Below are positions 27,501-40,875 of a stretch of 64,000 bases of DNA, piece by piece. Origin of the DNA: Macrostomum lignano (taxonomy: Eukaryota); NCBI GenBank assembly GCA_002269645.1, contig NIVC01001514.1:124001-188000 (forward strand), written 5' to 3'. The translations under genes were made by a program, and so were the position numbers. The notes below the pieces were generated by a model that was given only the letters and a program-made list of their open reading frames with translations, was not told the origin of the DNA and did no database searches. How positions within the stretch are numbered: the stretch's first letter is position 1; the number at the start of each line of letters is the position of its first letter.

Positions 27501-28277
27501 TGAGAATCGCACATTACCCCATGAGAATCGCACACCACCCCATGAGAATCACACACCACCCCATGAGAATCGCACTACCCCATGAGAATAACACACCACC
27601 CCATGAGAATCGCACTACCCCATGAGAATCACACACCACCCCATGAGAATCGCACTACCCCATGAGAATCACACACCACCCCATGAAAATCGCACTACCC
27701 CATGAGAATCACACACCACCCCATGAAAATCGCACTACCCCATGAGAATGCACACCACCCTATGAGAACCGCACTACCCCATGAGAATGCACACCACCCT
27801 ATGAGAATCACACACTAGCCCATGAGAATCGCACACCACCCCGTGAGAATCGCCCTTCACTCAATCAGTTTCAACTGAATCGCTCCCTCTGCGCAGGGCG
27901 CCTACACTCTGCTGAGAAATGTGAGTCTTCTCGAACGCAACCTGCTGTCAATCCAGCTCATTCGCCCCAACTTTGATCTTCACAAAGTCGCCGAAAAGGA
28001 GGTTCTCTCGCTGACCTCATTTCTCAGCCAGGTAGGCGGCCTGTTCTCAATATTCATCGGGCTGACAATGATCTCGGTGGTAGAGCTGATTGACTTCTGC
28101 ATTCACTGCTATGGTGTCTGCGCAATGCGGCGCGGTCGGCATCGAGACAGCGGCAACAACACGGCCCAGTCCGAGGCTTCGGGCACGGCGGCTGGCACGG
28201 ATTTGGCCGGCACAGCTGATGAGAACCTGCTGGAGGAGTTGCCGAAACCGGTTTGGGAGAAGAACGACGGCGTCTGA
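21501..28277 (+). CDS. DEG/ENaC (amiloride-sensitive Na+ channel family) subunit, 4 exons, 611 aa
   Basis: Exons 21501-21895, 22270-22678, 23943-24593, 27897-28277; GT-AG introns of phase 2, 0, 0; total 1836 nt = 612 codons. Motifs: pre-M1 [11 protein letters not shown]1 [33 protein letters not shown], Cys-rich thumb ([16 protein letters not shown]...CTLPC), M2 [23 protein letters not shown]. Confidence 0.92.
21903..22248 (+). mobile_element. Diverged full-length copy of the same SINE, filling ENaC intron 1
   Basis: Perfect B-box GGTTCGAATCC (21955-21965). Collinear blocks shared with the 60654 copy: GCATTCAT, CCCCCAAGGC.CAG, TGTACATGCCT.ACGAT, AAAGT.AGGGC.GCTGTACA, CTGTGTGAG, TGCTCAGG, TGTCGC, TGCGCCAGG.TGCA, CCTGC. 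Confidence 0.75.
24615..26030. repeat. AC/AG-rich compound microsatellite in ENaC intron 3
   Basis: ACACTGAGACACACTGACACAGACAC variants, starting ~20 nt after the donor. Confidence 0.95.
26318..27850. repeat. 21-22-bp minisatellite in ENaC intron 3
   Basis: CATGAGAATCGCACACCACCC(C). Confidence 0.95.
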
Positions 28278-28365
28278 CTCTGCTGTTATCAGTTTAAATG
28301 GCTAAAAGCAGCACAGAAGCTGATTTTTTGTTTGAACAATTTTTTTATATGTCTTGAAGATTCAG

Positions 28366-31300
28366 TGGGTGACGAGGGCGGAGAGGCAGATCCAGTGAGT
28401 GAGGTGGGGGCGGAGAGGCAGATCCAGTGAGTGAGGGAGGGGCGGAGAGGCAGATCCAGTGAGTGAGGGGGGCGGAGAGGCAGATCCAGTGAGTGAGGTG
28501 GGGGCGGAGAGGCAGATCCAGTGAGTGAGGTGGGGGCGGAGAGGCAGATCCAGTGAGTGAGGTGGGGGCGGAGAGGCAGATCCAGTGAGTGAGGGAGGGG
28601 CGGAGAGGCAGATCCAGTGAGTGACGAGGGCGGAGAGGCAGATCCAGTGAGTGAGGGAGGGGCGGAGAGGCAGATCCAGTCAGTGACGAAGGCGGAGAGG
28701 CAGATCCAGTGAGTGATGGAGGGGCGGAGAGGCAGATCCAGTGAGTGACGAGGGCGGAGAGGCAGATCCAGTGAGTGAGGTGGGGGCGGAGAGGCAGATC
28801 CAGTGAGTGACGAGGGCGGAGAGGCAGATCCAGTGAGTGAGGGAGGGGCGGAGAGGCAGATCCAGTGAGTGAGGTGGGGCGGAGAGGCAGATCCAGTGAG
28901 TGAGGTGGGGGCGGAGAGGCAGATCCAGTGAGTGAGGTGGGGGCGGAGAGGCAGATCCAGTGAGTGAGGGAGGGGCGGAGAGGCAGATCCAGTGAGTGAG
29001 GGGGCGGAGAGGCAGATCCAATGAGTGAGGTGGGGGCGGAGAGGCAGATCCAGTGAGTGAGGTGGGGGCGGAGAGGCAGATCCAGTGAGTGAGGTGGGGC
29101 GGAGAGGCAGATCCAGTGAGTGAGGGAGGGGCGGAGAGGCAGATCCAGTGAGTGACGAGGGCGGAGAGGCAGATCCAGTGAGTGAGGGAGGGGCGGAGAG
29201 GCAGATCCAGTCAGTGACGAAGGCGGAGAGGCAGATCCAGTGAGTGATGGAGGGGCGGAGAGGCAGATCCAGTGAGTGACGAGGGCGGAGAGGCAGATCC
29301 AGTGAGTGAGGTGGGGGCGGAGAGGCAGATCCAGTGAGTGAGGTGGGGGCGGAGAGGCAGATCCAGTGAGTGAGGTGGGGGCGGAGAGGCAGATCCAGTG
29401 AGTGAGGTGGGGGCGGAGAGGCAGATCCAGTGAGTGAGGTGGGGGCGGAGAGGCAGATCCAGTGAGTGAGGGAGGGGCGGAGAGGCAGATCCAGTGAGTG
29501 AGGTGGGGGCGGAGAGGCAGATCCAGTGAGTGAGGTGGGGGCGGAGAGGCAGATCCAGTGAGTGAGGGAGGGGCGGAGAGGCAGATCCAGTGAGTGAGGT
29601 GGGGGCGGAGAGGCAGATCCAGTGAGTGAGGGGGGCGGAGAGGCAGATCCAGTGAGTGAGGGGGGCGGAGAGGCAGATCCAGTGAGTGAGGGAGGGGCGG
29701 AGAGGCAGATCCAGTGAGTGAGGGGGGCGGAGAGGCAGATCCAGTGAGTGAGGTGGGGGCGGAGAGGCAGATCCAGTGAGTGAGGGAGGGGCGGAGAGGC
29801 AGATCCAGTGAGTGAGGTGGGGGCGGAGAGGCAGATCCAGTGAGTGAGGGGGGGGCGGAGAGGCAGATCCAGTGAGTGAGGGGGGCGGAGAGGCAGATCC
29901 AGTGAGTGAGGGGGGCGGAGAGGCAGATCCAGTGAGTGACGAGGGCGGAGAGGCAGATCCAGTGAGTGAGGGGGGGGCGGAGAGGCAGATCCAGTGAGTG
30001 AGGTGGGGGCGGAGAGGCAGATCCAGTGAGTGAGGGAGGGGCGGAGAGGCAGATCCAGTGAGTGAGGTGGGGGCGGAGAGGCAGATCCAGTGAGTGAGGT
30101 GGGGGCGGAGAGGCAGATCCAGTGAGTGAGGGAGGGGCGGAGAGGCAGATCCAGTGAGTGAGGTGGGGGCGGAGAGGCAGATCCAGTGAGTGAGGTGGGG
30201 GCGGAGAGGCAGATCCAGTCAGTGACGAGGGCGGAGAGGCAGATCCAGTGAGTGAGGGAGGGGCGGAGAGGCAGATCCAGTGAGTGACGAGGGCGGAGAG
30301 GCAGATCCAGTAAGTGAGGGAGGGGCGGAGAGGCAGATCCAGTGAGTGAGGTGGGGACGGAGAGGCAGATCCAGTGAGTGAGGGGGGCGGAGAGGCAGAT
30401 CCAGTGAGTGAGGGGGGCGGAGAGGCAGATCCAGTGAGTGAGGGAGGGGCGGAGAGGCAGATCCAGTGAGTGAGGGGGGCGGAGAGGCAGATCCAGTGAG
30501 TGAGGTGGGGGCGGAGAGGCAGATCCAGTGAGTGAGGTGGGGGCGGAGAGGCAGATCCAGTGAGTGAGGTGGGGGCGGAGAGGCAGATCCAGTGAGTGAG
30601 GGAGGGGCGGAGAGGCAGATCCAGTGAGTGACGAGGGCGGAGAGGCAGATCCAGTGAGTGAGGGAGGGGCGGAGAGGCAGATCCAGTGAGTGACGAGGGC
30701 GGAGAGGCAGATCCAGTGAGTGAGGGAGGGGCGGAGAGGCAGATCCAGTGAGTGACGAGGGCGGAGAGGCAGATCCAGTGAGTGAGGGAGGGGCGGAGAG
30801 GCAGATCCAGTGAGTGAGGTGGGGGCGGAGAGGCAGATCCAGTGAGTGAGGTGGGGGCGGAGAGGCAGATCCAGTGAGTGAGGTGGGGGCGGAGAGGCAG
30901 ATCCAGTGAGTGAGGGAGGGGCGGAGAGGCAGATCCAGTGAGTGAGGTGGGGGCGGAGAGGCAGATCCAGTGAGTGAGGTGGGGGCGGAGAGGCAGATCC
31001 AGTGAGTGAGGTGGGGCGGAGAGGCAGATCCAGTGAGTGAGGGAGGGCGGAGAGGCAGATCCAGTGAGTGAGGGGGGCGGAGAGGCAGATCCAGTGAGTG
31101 AGGGGGGCGGAGAGGCAGATCCAGTGAGTGAGGGGGGCGGAGAGGCAGATCCAGTGAGTGAGGGGGGCGGAGAGGCAGATCCAGTGAGTGAGGGAGGGGC
31201 GGAGAGGCAGATCCAGTGAGTGAGGGGGGCGGAGAGGCAGATCCAGTGAGTGAGGTGGGGGCGGAGAGGCAGATCCAGTGAGTGAGGGAGGGGCGGAGAG

Positions 31301-31918
31301 GCAGATCCAGTGAGTGACGAGGGCGGAGAGGCAGATCCAGTGAGTGAGGGGGGGCGGAGAGGCAGATCCAGTGAGTGAGGGGGGCGGAGAGGCAGATCCA
31401 GTGAGTGAGGTGGGGGCGGAGAGGCAGATCCAGTGAGTGAGGGAGGGGCGGAGAGGCAGATCCAGTGAGTGAGGTGGGGGCGGAGAGGCAGATCCAGTGA
31501 GTGAGGGAGGGGCGGAGAGGCAGATCCAGTGAGTGAGGTGGGGGCGGAGAGGCAGATCCAGTGAGTGAGGTGGGGCGGAGAGGCAGATCCAGTGAGTGAG
31601 GTGGGGGCGGAGAGGCAGATCCAGTGAGTGAGGGAGGGGCGGAGAGGCAGATCCAGTGAGTGAGGTGGGGGCGGAGAGGCAGATCCAGTGAGTGAGGGAG
31701 GGGCGGAGAGGCAGATCCAGTGAGTGAGGTGGGGGCGGAGAGGCAGATCCAGTGAGTGAGGGGGGGGCGGAGAGGCAGATCCAGTGAGTGAGGGGGGCGG
31801 AGAGGCAGATCCAGTGAGTGAGGTGGGGGCGGAGAGGCAGATCCAGTGAGTGAGGGAGGGGCGGAGAGGCAGATCCAGTGAGTGACGAGGGCGGAGAGGC
31901 AGATCCAGTGAGTGAGGC
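28366..31918. repeat. ~33-bp G-rich minisatellite (~107 units), ~90 nt after the ENaC stop
   Basis: GGGCGGAGAGGCAGATCCAGTGAGTGA plus a variable tail (GGGAG / GGTGG / CGA / GGG). Confidence 0.97.
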
Positions 31919-32411
31919 GGGAAATTCGTTCAATACATACGGATATATATACTCTTGATTGATATTTAAATTACAATCCGTAGTTATAATAGTAGTTATA
32001 ATTATTTAAGCTTCATAAATGCATCAAATTTGAGACGCGAATGTACAGCCTAATTGTGCATGCGGTGAACCTGCGTTATGGTTATGGTTTTTAATCGTAG
32101 CGTCTTGCTTATTAATCGCCCAAGCCCTCCAATGAATGTCATGGGGTACGCGTATACAGATCGTGTGTAAAGTGTCTCAAGATTTAAGCAACTTCATTAC
32201 TGTTTAATCTAATAATCTTGCAAATCGTTTTTTTTCAAAGCTTGCGTTGCGCGCTGGTATTGCGGTAATTTTATCAAAATTAAATATACAAGGGTTCTCA
32301 ATGAGTTGTTTTTTTGTTTTTTCTAAATCCCTTACCACACACACAAAATCACAGCCAATTCAGTCTAAATATCGTTTAATATAGTTTGTTTACACTCTCC
32401 TAAAATCTTAA

Positions 32412-32735
32412 GGGGCCGTAGCCTTGCGATGTAGAACGGCGCTCTGGTGTGCCAGCGGTCCAGGCTCGATTCCAAGTGCAGCCACATTAATTTGGGGCTA
32501 AATTGGAATCTTGGCTTGCCTCTGCTCGTGCAATTAACGGCCTTGAGGACTTAAGGCACAGTGAAGTGTACATGCCTATTTTTTATTACATAAATAAAGT
32601 TCGGGGTGCTGCATATGTACACTCCTGTGTGAGTGTGTGCCTGTGCGTAAGACTGCGTACGTATTTGCGCGCTTGTGTGCCTGCTCAGGGGAGTCGGCGG
32701 ACTGGGCCTCTCGTCGGTTGTGACAATGTCGCAAA
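32412..32735 (+). mobile_element. SINE copy (same family, 3' end lost or diverged)
   Basis: Highly similar to 60654-60960 (GGGGCCGTAGCC...CCAGGCTCGATTCCAAGTGCA...GCTCAGGGGAGTCGGCGG). Confidence 0.8.
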
Positions 32736-32809
32736 CTCATGAAATCTAGAATGTAACTAGCATTAGCATCCACTGCCGCCCCACAAAGAACAGGACAAAG
32801 AGCCGGGAT

Positions 32810-33818
32810 GGAGGACACACAGCGACACACGGAGACACTGAGACAAACACTGAGACAGACACAGGGACAGACACTGAGACAGACACTGAGACAGACACTG
32901 GGACAGACACTGGGACAGACACTGGGACAGACACGAAGACAGAAACTGGGACAGACACTGGGACAGACACGAAGACAGAAACTGGGACAGACACTGAGAT
33001 AGACACTGGGACAGAAACCGGGAAAGACACTGGGACAGGAATGAAAACAGCTACACTGAGACAGACACAGGGACAGACACGAAGACAGAAACTGGGACAG
33101 ACACGAAGACAGAAACTGGGACAGACACGAAGACAGAAACTGGGACAGACCCTGAGATAGACACTGGGACAGACACCGGGAGACACTGGGGACAGGCATG
33201 AAAACAGACACTGAGACAGACACGAAGACAGAAACTGGGACAGACACTGAGATAGACACTGGGACAGACACCGGGAAAGACACTGGGACAGGCATGAAAA
33301 CAGACACTGAGACAGACACGAAGACAGAAACTGGGACAGACACTGAGACAGACACAGGGACAGACACGAAGACAGAAACTGGGACAGACACTGAGACAGA
33401 CACAGGGACAGACACGAAGACAGAAACTGGGACAGACACTGAGACAGACACAGGGACAGACACGAAGACAGAAACTGGGACAGACACGAAGACAGAAACT
33501 GGGACAGACCCTGAGATAGACACTGGGACAGACACCGGGAGACACTGGGGACAGGCATGAAAACAGACACTAAGACAGACACAGGGACAGACACGAAGAC
33601 AGAAACTGGGACAGACACTGAGACAGACACAGGGACAGACACGAAGACAGAAACTGGGACAGACACTGAGACAGACACAGGGACAGACACGAAGACAGAA
33701 ACTGGGACAGACACTGAGATAGACACTGGGACAGACACAGGGAAAGACACTGGGACAGGCATGAAAACAGACACTGAGACAGACACAGGGACAGACACAG
33801 AGACAGACACTGGGACTC
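32810..33818. repeat. ACAGAC-based compound minisatellite
   Basis: GACAGACACTGGGACAGACACGAAGACAGAAACTGG variants. Confidence 0.9.
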
Positions 33819-34009
33819 AGTAATGCTCAGGTGTAACTGCATCTGCATCAATGAAAGTGCAATTAACCAGTGAGCGCAACCAGGTTTATTTAATCATTTT
33901 GCATACACACAGATATAAACCACTTCTTTCTTTGTTTTTTGCAGTTTGCCAAAAAAGGTTTGGACTGGGAACGGACCAGCTGATGACAGGTTGCTTACAT
34001 TAATCTGCA

Positions 34010-34023
34010 GTCGCTATGGCAAC
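34010..34023. promoter_or_regulatory. Isolated X-box-like motif
   Basis: GTCGCTATGGCAAC fits the RFX consensus; no associated gene identified. Confidence 0.3.
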
Positions 34024-34194
34024 AGCGCATCGGGGCTGTTAAATGAGATAAACAAAGCGCATGCCCTAACGATTAACTGATGAATTAGATAGAAAGGGAA
34101 GCATATCGGCGCTTAAAACTTAACTAGAAGCATTATGCTGTTATATTATGCATTATATTGGAATTTCAACAAAGTGCTTCTTTAGTCCCAAAGC

Positions 34195-35275
34195 CTGACA
34201 TCCTAATTCCCTGACGTCCCCATTAGCTGAAATCCCAATTGCCCTAAAATTCAAATTATCCCTAAAATCCCAACTATCCCTGAAATCCCAATTATCTCTA
34301 AAATCCCAACTATCCCTGAAATCCCAATTATCTCTGAAATCCCAATTATCCTTGAAATGTTAATTTTTCCTGAAATCCCAATTCTTACTGAAATCCAAAT
34401 TCTCCCAGAAATCCCAATTTTTCCTGAAATCCCAGTTATCCCCGAAGTCCTAATTATCCCAGAAATCCCCATTTTTCTTGAAATCCAAATAATTCCTGAA
34501 ATTCAAACTCCCTGAAATCCCAACTGACTGAAATTCCAACTTGCCTAAAATCTCAATTATCCTCGAAATTCAAATTCCTTGAAACCCAAACTGCGCTATG
34601 TGCATCAGCGCTACAGCCAGTGGCACAGTGTGAATACAATTGGCGCAGTGCGGTATGACTGCTATGCGATAAATTATGGTCAGTCAGCGCCAACCGGTTT
34701 CTCCACCACAACAGTCTGTTATCTTTTCCGCATCTTTGGATAATGGCAACAGAGTAAGCTGAGAGAGTGATAAATTAGCCTGCAGCGCTTGGGCAGTACC
34801 TATCCCAAAGGCTGTTTGTTACTCTGCGAAGGCTAATCGTACGCTTCTTACAGAAGACAAGAATGTAAGGTAGAAGCACAGATAATCAGACAAGGGCTTC
34901 GAAGGTTGCTAAGAGCGCTATTGAGGGCTTCTATGGATGTCAGAATGGTTGCTAGGGGTGCTATGGTTGTTAGAATCGTTTCTAGCGACGCTATCAACTT
35001 CCATGGTTGTCAGAATTGTTGCTAAGGACGCTATTGAGGGCTGCTATGGTTGTCAGAATGGTTGCTAGGGACGTTATCACCTTCCATGGTTGTCAGAATG
35101 GTTGCTAGGGACGCTATCGAGAGCTTTCATGGAGTCACAGAAAGTTGGGACTTCTACAGTAGCTAAAAAAGTCGCTAGTGTTCTATTGAGGACTTTTGCC
35201 GTTGTCCGGATCGTTGCTATGGACGCCATAGAGCGCTTCTAATATTAGCAAGAATGGTTGCTTAAGGCGCTATCA
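34195..35275. repeat. Two degenerate minisatellites (CCTGAAATCCCAATTAT-type 34195-34590; GTTGTCAGAATGGTTGCTAGG-type 34915-35275)
   Basis: Recognisable but heavily diverged units. Confidence 0.65.
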
Positions 35276-35757
35276 GAGCTTGAGCGCATCTAAAAGCATA
35301 CAACAAAACACAGAGCAACTTTTATAATAGCCGCGATAACGTAAAAGCCCGTTTAACCCCCTGTCAATCTATTCATCCGTTTCTTTCTAGAACAACCCTA
35401 TCCCGCACAAGAGCGCGAGGAAAAACTCTTCCCAGGAGAAATCTCCCAAAACAGGCCAAATGTTTTCCAACCCCATCAGTCCTAGAAACTGTCCTCTACT
35501 TGCAAATGCTTTTTTTACCAAGGCCGACTCGAGCGCCAATTATTTGCGGCTGCAGAAGTCGCGGCAATGCAAAATACTGGCTGTCAAACAGAATTAAGAA
35601 ATGCGGCACTTATAATCATTATTTTGCGGTGCTTCTGTTTGACATATGCTTTAAAATGCTAGCCATTCAGTGCGTTTAGCAATTACTCTGACAATCACCT
35701 ACATGTACTTTTGCTAGATAATTGGGACACTGTCACAAGCAATCCATGCTATCCCCT

Positions 35758-36274
35758 GTCACTCACTCACTCACTCACCCACCCACTCACTTGCCCACTC
35801 ATTCACTCACTCACTCACACACTCACTTATTCACTCACTCACTCACACTCTCACCCACTCACTCACTCACTCACTCACTCACTCACTCACTCACTCACTC
35901 ACTCACTCACTCACTCACCCACCCACTCACTTGCCCACTCATTCACTCACTCACTCACACACTCACTCATTCACTCACTCACTCACACTCTCACCCACTC
36001 ACTCACTCACTCACTCACTCACTCACTCACTCACTCACTCACTCACTCACTCACTCACTCACTCACTCACTCACTCACTTGCCCACTTATTCACTAACTC
36101 ACTCACACACACTAAATCACACACTCACTTACACTCACTCACTCACTCACACACTCACTCACTCACTCACTCATTCACTCACTCACTCACTCACTCACTC
36201 ACTCACTCACTCACTCACTCACTCACTCACTCACTCACTCACTCACTCACTCACTCACTCACTCACTCACTCAC
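35758..36274. repeat. (CACT)n microsatellite
   Basis: Tetranucleotide run with an internal duplicated variant block. Confidence 0.95.
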
Positions 36275-36975
36275 CGTGCAGGCAGTGCATCATAAAGAGA
36301 AGCAGGAAACTCACTGAAGCAGCAAGACAGAACCTGTGTAACCAGAAACGGTGAAAGACATTCCCAGACGCGATACAAAGCTGCACTAGGGGGAAATATT
36401 TCGTGTCTTGTAAAAAAGCACCAAGTCATGACATCTGGCGAGTCTATTTGAGCAGATCTGCATCGCTTATCTATTTACAACAGGCTGCAAGAAGAGAGTA
36501 GGGCAACTGCGTGCTAAGGCGGGGATGAGAACCTACACTAGAACTTCCTGTAGGCCTGAGAATTCATTTAGCCAGCATCACCCGTTAAAGAACAATTCCT
36601 TAGATTAACTCTGGACAATTTTGCTAGCGCCATAAACTGTTGGTTTCCGAAGATAAACCAAACAGCTATATCTGTCAGGCACAATATGCTCCTGACTCTT
36701 GTCCAGTCCAGTCTTGACTTCTCAAATTCAATTCGACCGCCGCGCGGAAAACCAAGAAAGAGTCTTTCGCAGCAAAGAAAAAAATCGAAAGAAGGAGAGA
36801 AGGTTTCGCATTAAATTTCCTGATCAGAAAGCCTGATACCCGAAAATTTTTCCACCAAATCGATGCTTTGCCAACTAGAATTGACAAATTAAAATGCTAA
36901 TTGCTTATTTAAACGAAGCTTTGGTCTAAACTGTTTTATAAACAACTGGGTGTACTTTGCCGTATGCCATCTATA

Positions 36976-37563
36976 CTGTCCGTCAAAAGTTCCGGAACCC
37001 TTGCTACGATGTCTTCTAGCGGACATAATTTCAGTCCGTTTCAATTGTAACTTGATTCAAATGAAAGCTGCGGATCTCAGCTCCATGATGTGGTCAAGAA
37101 AAAGTTTATTCGAAGGAGCGCGTGTGAACAGGCCAGTGTTATGTACATAAAGGTTAGAGAAAAAAAGTGAGGAAAAGACAAACAAGCAATTGACTCTCCC
37201 ATGAAAGCTGACTGCACAAGAATCCATAAGAGCCTGTTGATTTCAACACAAGTTTTGGCCATAGACTAATGTTAGCCAGGCTGAACACTGCGCGCAAACC
37301 GATTCCTTCCCATGTGTGTTTGCTCCATAGACTCAGCAACCATAGACAATTGCTTGTTTGTCTTTTCCTCACTTTTTTTCTCTAACCTTTATGTACATAA
37401 CACTGGCCTGTTCACACGCGCTCCTTCTAATAAACTTTTTCTTGACCACATCATGGAGCTGAGATCCGCAGCTTTCATTTGAATCAAGTTACAATTGAAA
37501 CGGACTTAAATTATGTCCGCTAGAAGACATCGTAGCAAGGGTTCCGGAACTTTTGACGGACAG
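36976..37563. mobile_element. Tc1/mariner-like MITE with ~215-bp near-perfect TIRs
   Basis: TA|CTGTCCGTCAAAAGTTCCGGAAC...AAGCAATTG (to 37192) is mirrored by CAATTGCTT...GTTCCGGAACTTTTGACGGACAG|TA (from 37347). ~155-bp spacer, TA flanks, no ORF. Confidence 0.8.
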
Positions 37564-38064
37564 TATAGTTTTGGATATTAGTGGAGAATAAGAGTGAGAA
37601 ATCGGGAGTGGGAATCGGGAGAGGGGATGGGGAACCCCGTGGGGAATGGGGAGAGGGGAATGGGGAGTGGGGAATTGGCAGTAGGGAATGCGGGGAGGCG
37701 AATTATGAGAGGCGAATTAGGAGTGGGAAATGGGGAGTGGGGAATGGGGAGTGGGGAATGGGGAGTGGTGAATCAGAAGGTGGCTTCTCAATTATCAAGA
37801 ATTAATTTCGCAACGACAAAAAAACAAAACAAGGCAACCTAAATTCACAATAATTATGAATTAAAAATCCCGCATAATAATAATCATAATCATCAGCTCT
37901 ATTGGTCCAAACAGGATGTCAGAAAAAATATTATTCAACGCCATGGCAACGCACATGTACCTGACAGGTTCCAAATATAAGTAATATTGCAGTGCGAATT
38001 AAGCATCTTTAAATAAGTCGAATTTCTTCTTTTCAGCATTTTGCAGCAATGAAGACTGCAAATA

Positions 38065-38640
38065 CACACTACAGCAGCAGGATAAACACTACAGCATCAG
38101 GATAAACACTACAGCATCAGGATAAACACTACAGCATCAGGATAAACACTGCAGAATCAGGATAAACACTGCAGAATCAGGATAAACACTACAGCATCAG
38201 GATAAACACTGCAGAATCAGGATAAACACTACAGCATCAGGATAAACACTACAGCATCAGGATAAACACTACAGCATCAGGATAAACACTACAGCATCAG
38301 GATAAACACTACAGCATCAGGATAAACACTACAGCATCAGGATAAACACTACAGCATCAGGATAAACACTACAGCATCAGGATAAACACTGCAGAATCAG
38401 GATAAACACTGCAGAATCAGGATAAACACTACAGCATCAGGATAAACACTGCAGAATCAGGATAAACACTACAGCATCAGGATAAACACTACAGCATCAG
38501 GATAAACACTACAGCATCAGGATAAACACTACAGCATCAGGATAAACACTACAGCATCAGGATAAACACTACAGCATCAGGATAAACACTGCAGAATCAG
38601 GATAAACACTACAGCATCAGGATAAACACCACAGCATCAA
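38065..38640. repeat. 20-bp minisatellite
   Basis: GATAAACACTACAGCATCAG / GATAAACACTGCAGAATCAG. Confidence 0.95.
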
Positions 38641-38984
38641 GATATACTGTAGTATTTATCTACATCAACACGGCCGAAAAAAATTAAGTAGTACAGAGGC
38701 TATAATAGTCAGAAAAAATAAACGGACAACTGAGACAGCTGGGACCACAGCAGTGAAGCTCGATTCAAAAGTACAAGTGCCGATAGAGTGATGCTTGATA
38801 GCTAAAATTATGTGGTGCAAAAATACACTACACACAGTTGTGAATAAGTACATGAAAAATACCTGGCTTCAACATAAAAGAGCCTAATATTGCATCGAAA
38901 CACTGATTAAGAATGTTTTCTCAGGCAAATAGCTGAGTACCTTTTTATTAGCTTTTTTACCCGGGTGACCCAGAAATTGAGGAA

Positions 38985-40735
38985 CTGGAAGGCTGGCCCA
39001 GCAACTGAGGATCTGGGAGGCTGGCACAGCAACTGACACTCTGGGAGGCTGGCCCAGAAACTGAGGATCTGGGAGGCTGGCCCAGCAACTGACACTCTGG
39101 GAGGCTGGCACAGCAACTGACACTCTGGGAGGCTGGCCCAGAAACTGAGGATCTGGGAGGCTGGCACAGCAACTGACACTCTGGGAGGCTGGCCCAGCAA
39201 CTGAGGATCTGGGAGGCTGGCACAGAAACTGAGGATCTGGGAGGCTGGCACAGCAACTGACACTCTGGGAGGCTGGCCCAGCAACTGACACTCTGGGAGG
39301 CTGGCCCAGCAACTGAGGATCTGGGAGGCTGACCAGCAACTGAGGATCTGGGAGGCTGGCCCAGAAACTGAGGATCTGGGAGGCTGGCACAGCAACTGAC
39401 ACTCTGGGAGGCTGGCCCAGCAACTGAGGATCTGGGAGGCTGGCCCAGAAACTGAGGATCTGGGAGGCTGGCACAGCAACTGACACTCTGGGAGGCTGGC
39501 CCAGAAACTGAGGATCTGGGAGGCTGGCCCAGCAACTGAGGATCTGGGAGGCTGGCCCAGAAACTGAGGATCTGGGAGGCTGGCCCAGCAACTGAGGATC
39601 TGGGAGGCTGGCCCAGCAACTGAGGATCTGGGAGGTTGGCCCAGCAACTGAGGATCTGGGAGGCTGGCCCAGCAACTGAGGATCCGGGAGGTTGGCCCAG
39701 CAACTGAGGATCTGGGAGGCTGGCCCAGCAACTGAGGATCTGGGAGGCTGGCCCAGCAACTGAGGATCTGGGAGGCTGGATCAGCAGCTGAGGATCTGGG
39801 AGGCTGGTCCAGCAACTGAGGATCTGGGAGGTTGGCCCAGCAACTGAGGATCTGGGAGGCTGGCCCAGCAACTGAGGATCTGGGAGGCTGGATCAGCAGC
39901 TGAGGATCTGGGAGGCTGGCCCAGCAACTGAGGATCTGGGAGGCTGGCCCAGCAACTGAGGATCCGGGAGGCTGTCCCAGCAACTGAGGATCTGGGAGGC
40001 TGGCCCAGCAACTAAGGATCTGGGAGGCTGGCCCAGCAACTGAAGATCTGGGAGGCTGGCCCAGCAACTGACACTCTGGGAGGCTGGCCCAGAAACTGAG
40101 GATCTGGGAGGCTGGCCCAGCAACTGAGGATCTGGGAGGCTGGCCCAGAAACTGAGGATCTGGGAGGCTGGCCCAGCAACTGAGGATCTGGGAGGCTGGC
40201 CCAGCAACTGAGGATCTGGGAGGTTGGCCCAGCAACTGAGGATCTGGGAGGCTGGCCCAGCAACTGAGGATCCGGGAGGTTGGCCCAGCAACTGAGGATC
40301 TGGGAGGCTGGCCCAGCAACTGAGGATCCGGGAGGTTGGCCCAGCAACTGAGGATCTGGGAGGCTGGCCCAGCAACTGAGGATCTGGGAGGCTGGCCCAG
40401 CAACTGAGGATCTGGGAGGCTGGATCAGCAGCTGAGGATCTGGGAGGCTGGTCCAGCAACTGAGGATCTGGGAGGTTGGCCCAGCAACTGAGGATCTGGG
40501 AGGCTGGCCCAGCAACTGAGGATCTGGGAGGCTGGATCAGCAGCTGAGGATCTGGGAGGCTGGCCCAGCAACTGAGGATCTGGGAGGCTGGCCCAGCAAC
40601 TGAGGATCCGGGAGGCTGTCCCAGCAACTGAGGATCTGGGAGGCTGGCCCAGCAACTAAGGATCTGGGAGGCTGGCCCAGCAACTGAAGATCTGGGAGGC
40701 TGGCCCAGCAACTGAAGATCTGGGAGGGCAGCCCA
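38985..40735. repeat. 28-bp minisatellite (~62 units), ~140 nt beyond the dNK stop
   Basis: GGCCCAGCAACTGAGGATCTGGGAGGCT; the array contains longer higher-order duplicated blocks. Confidence 0.97.
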
Positions 40736-40875
40736 GGTAATCATTAATTTGTGATGACGTGTTGGCTACCCGCTTCGCTAGAGGTATAACATGAAAATAG
40801 TAATCTATAATACACAAAACAAGCCGCAATTTCATACAGATCACCAGGGCAGCGTCACACACGCTAGCTGCAGCG

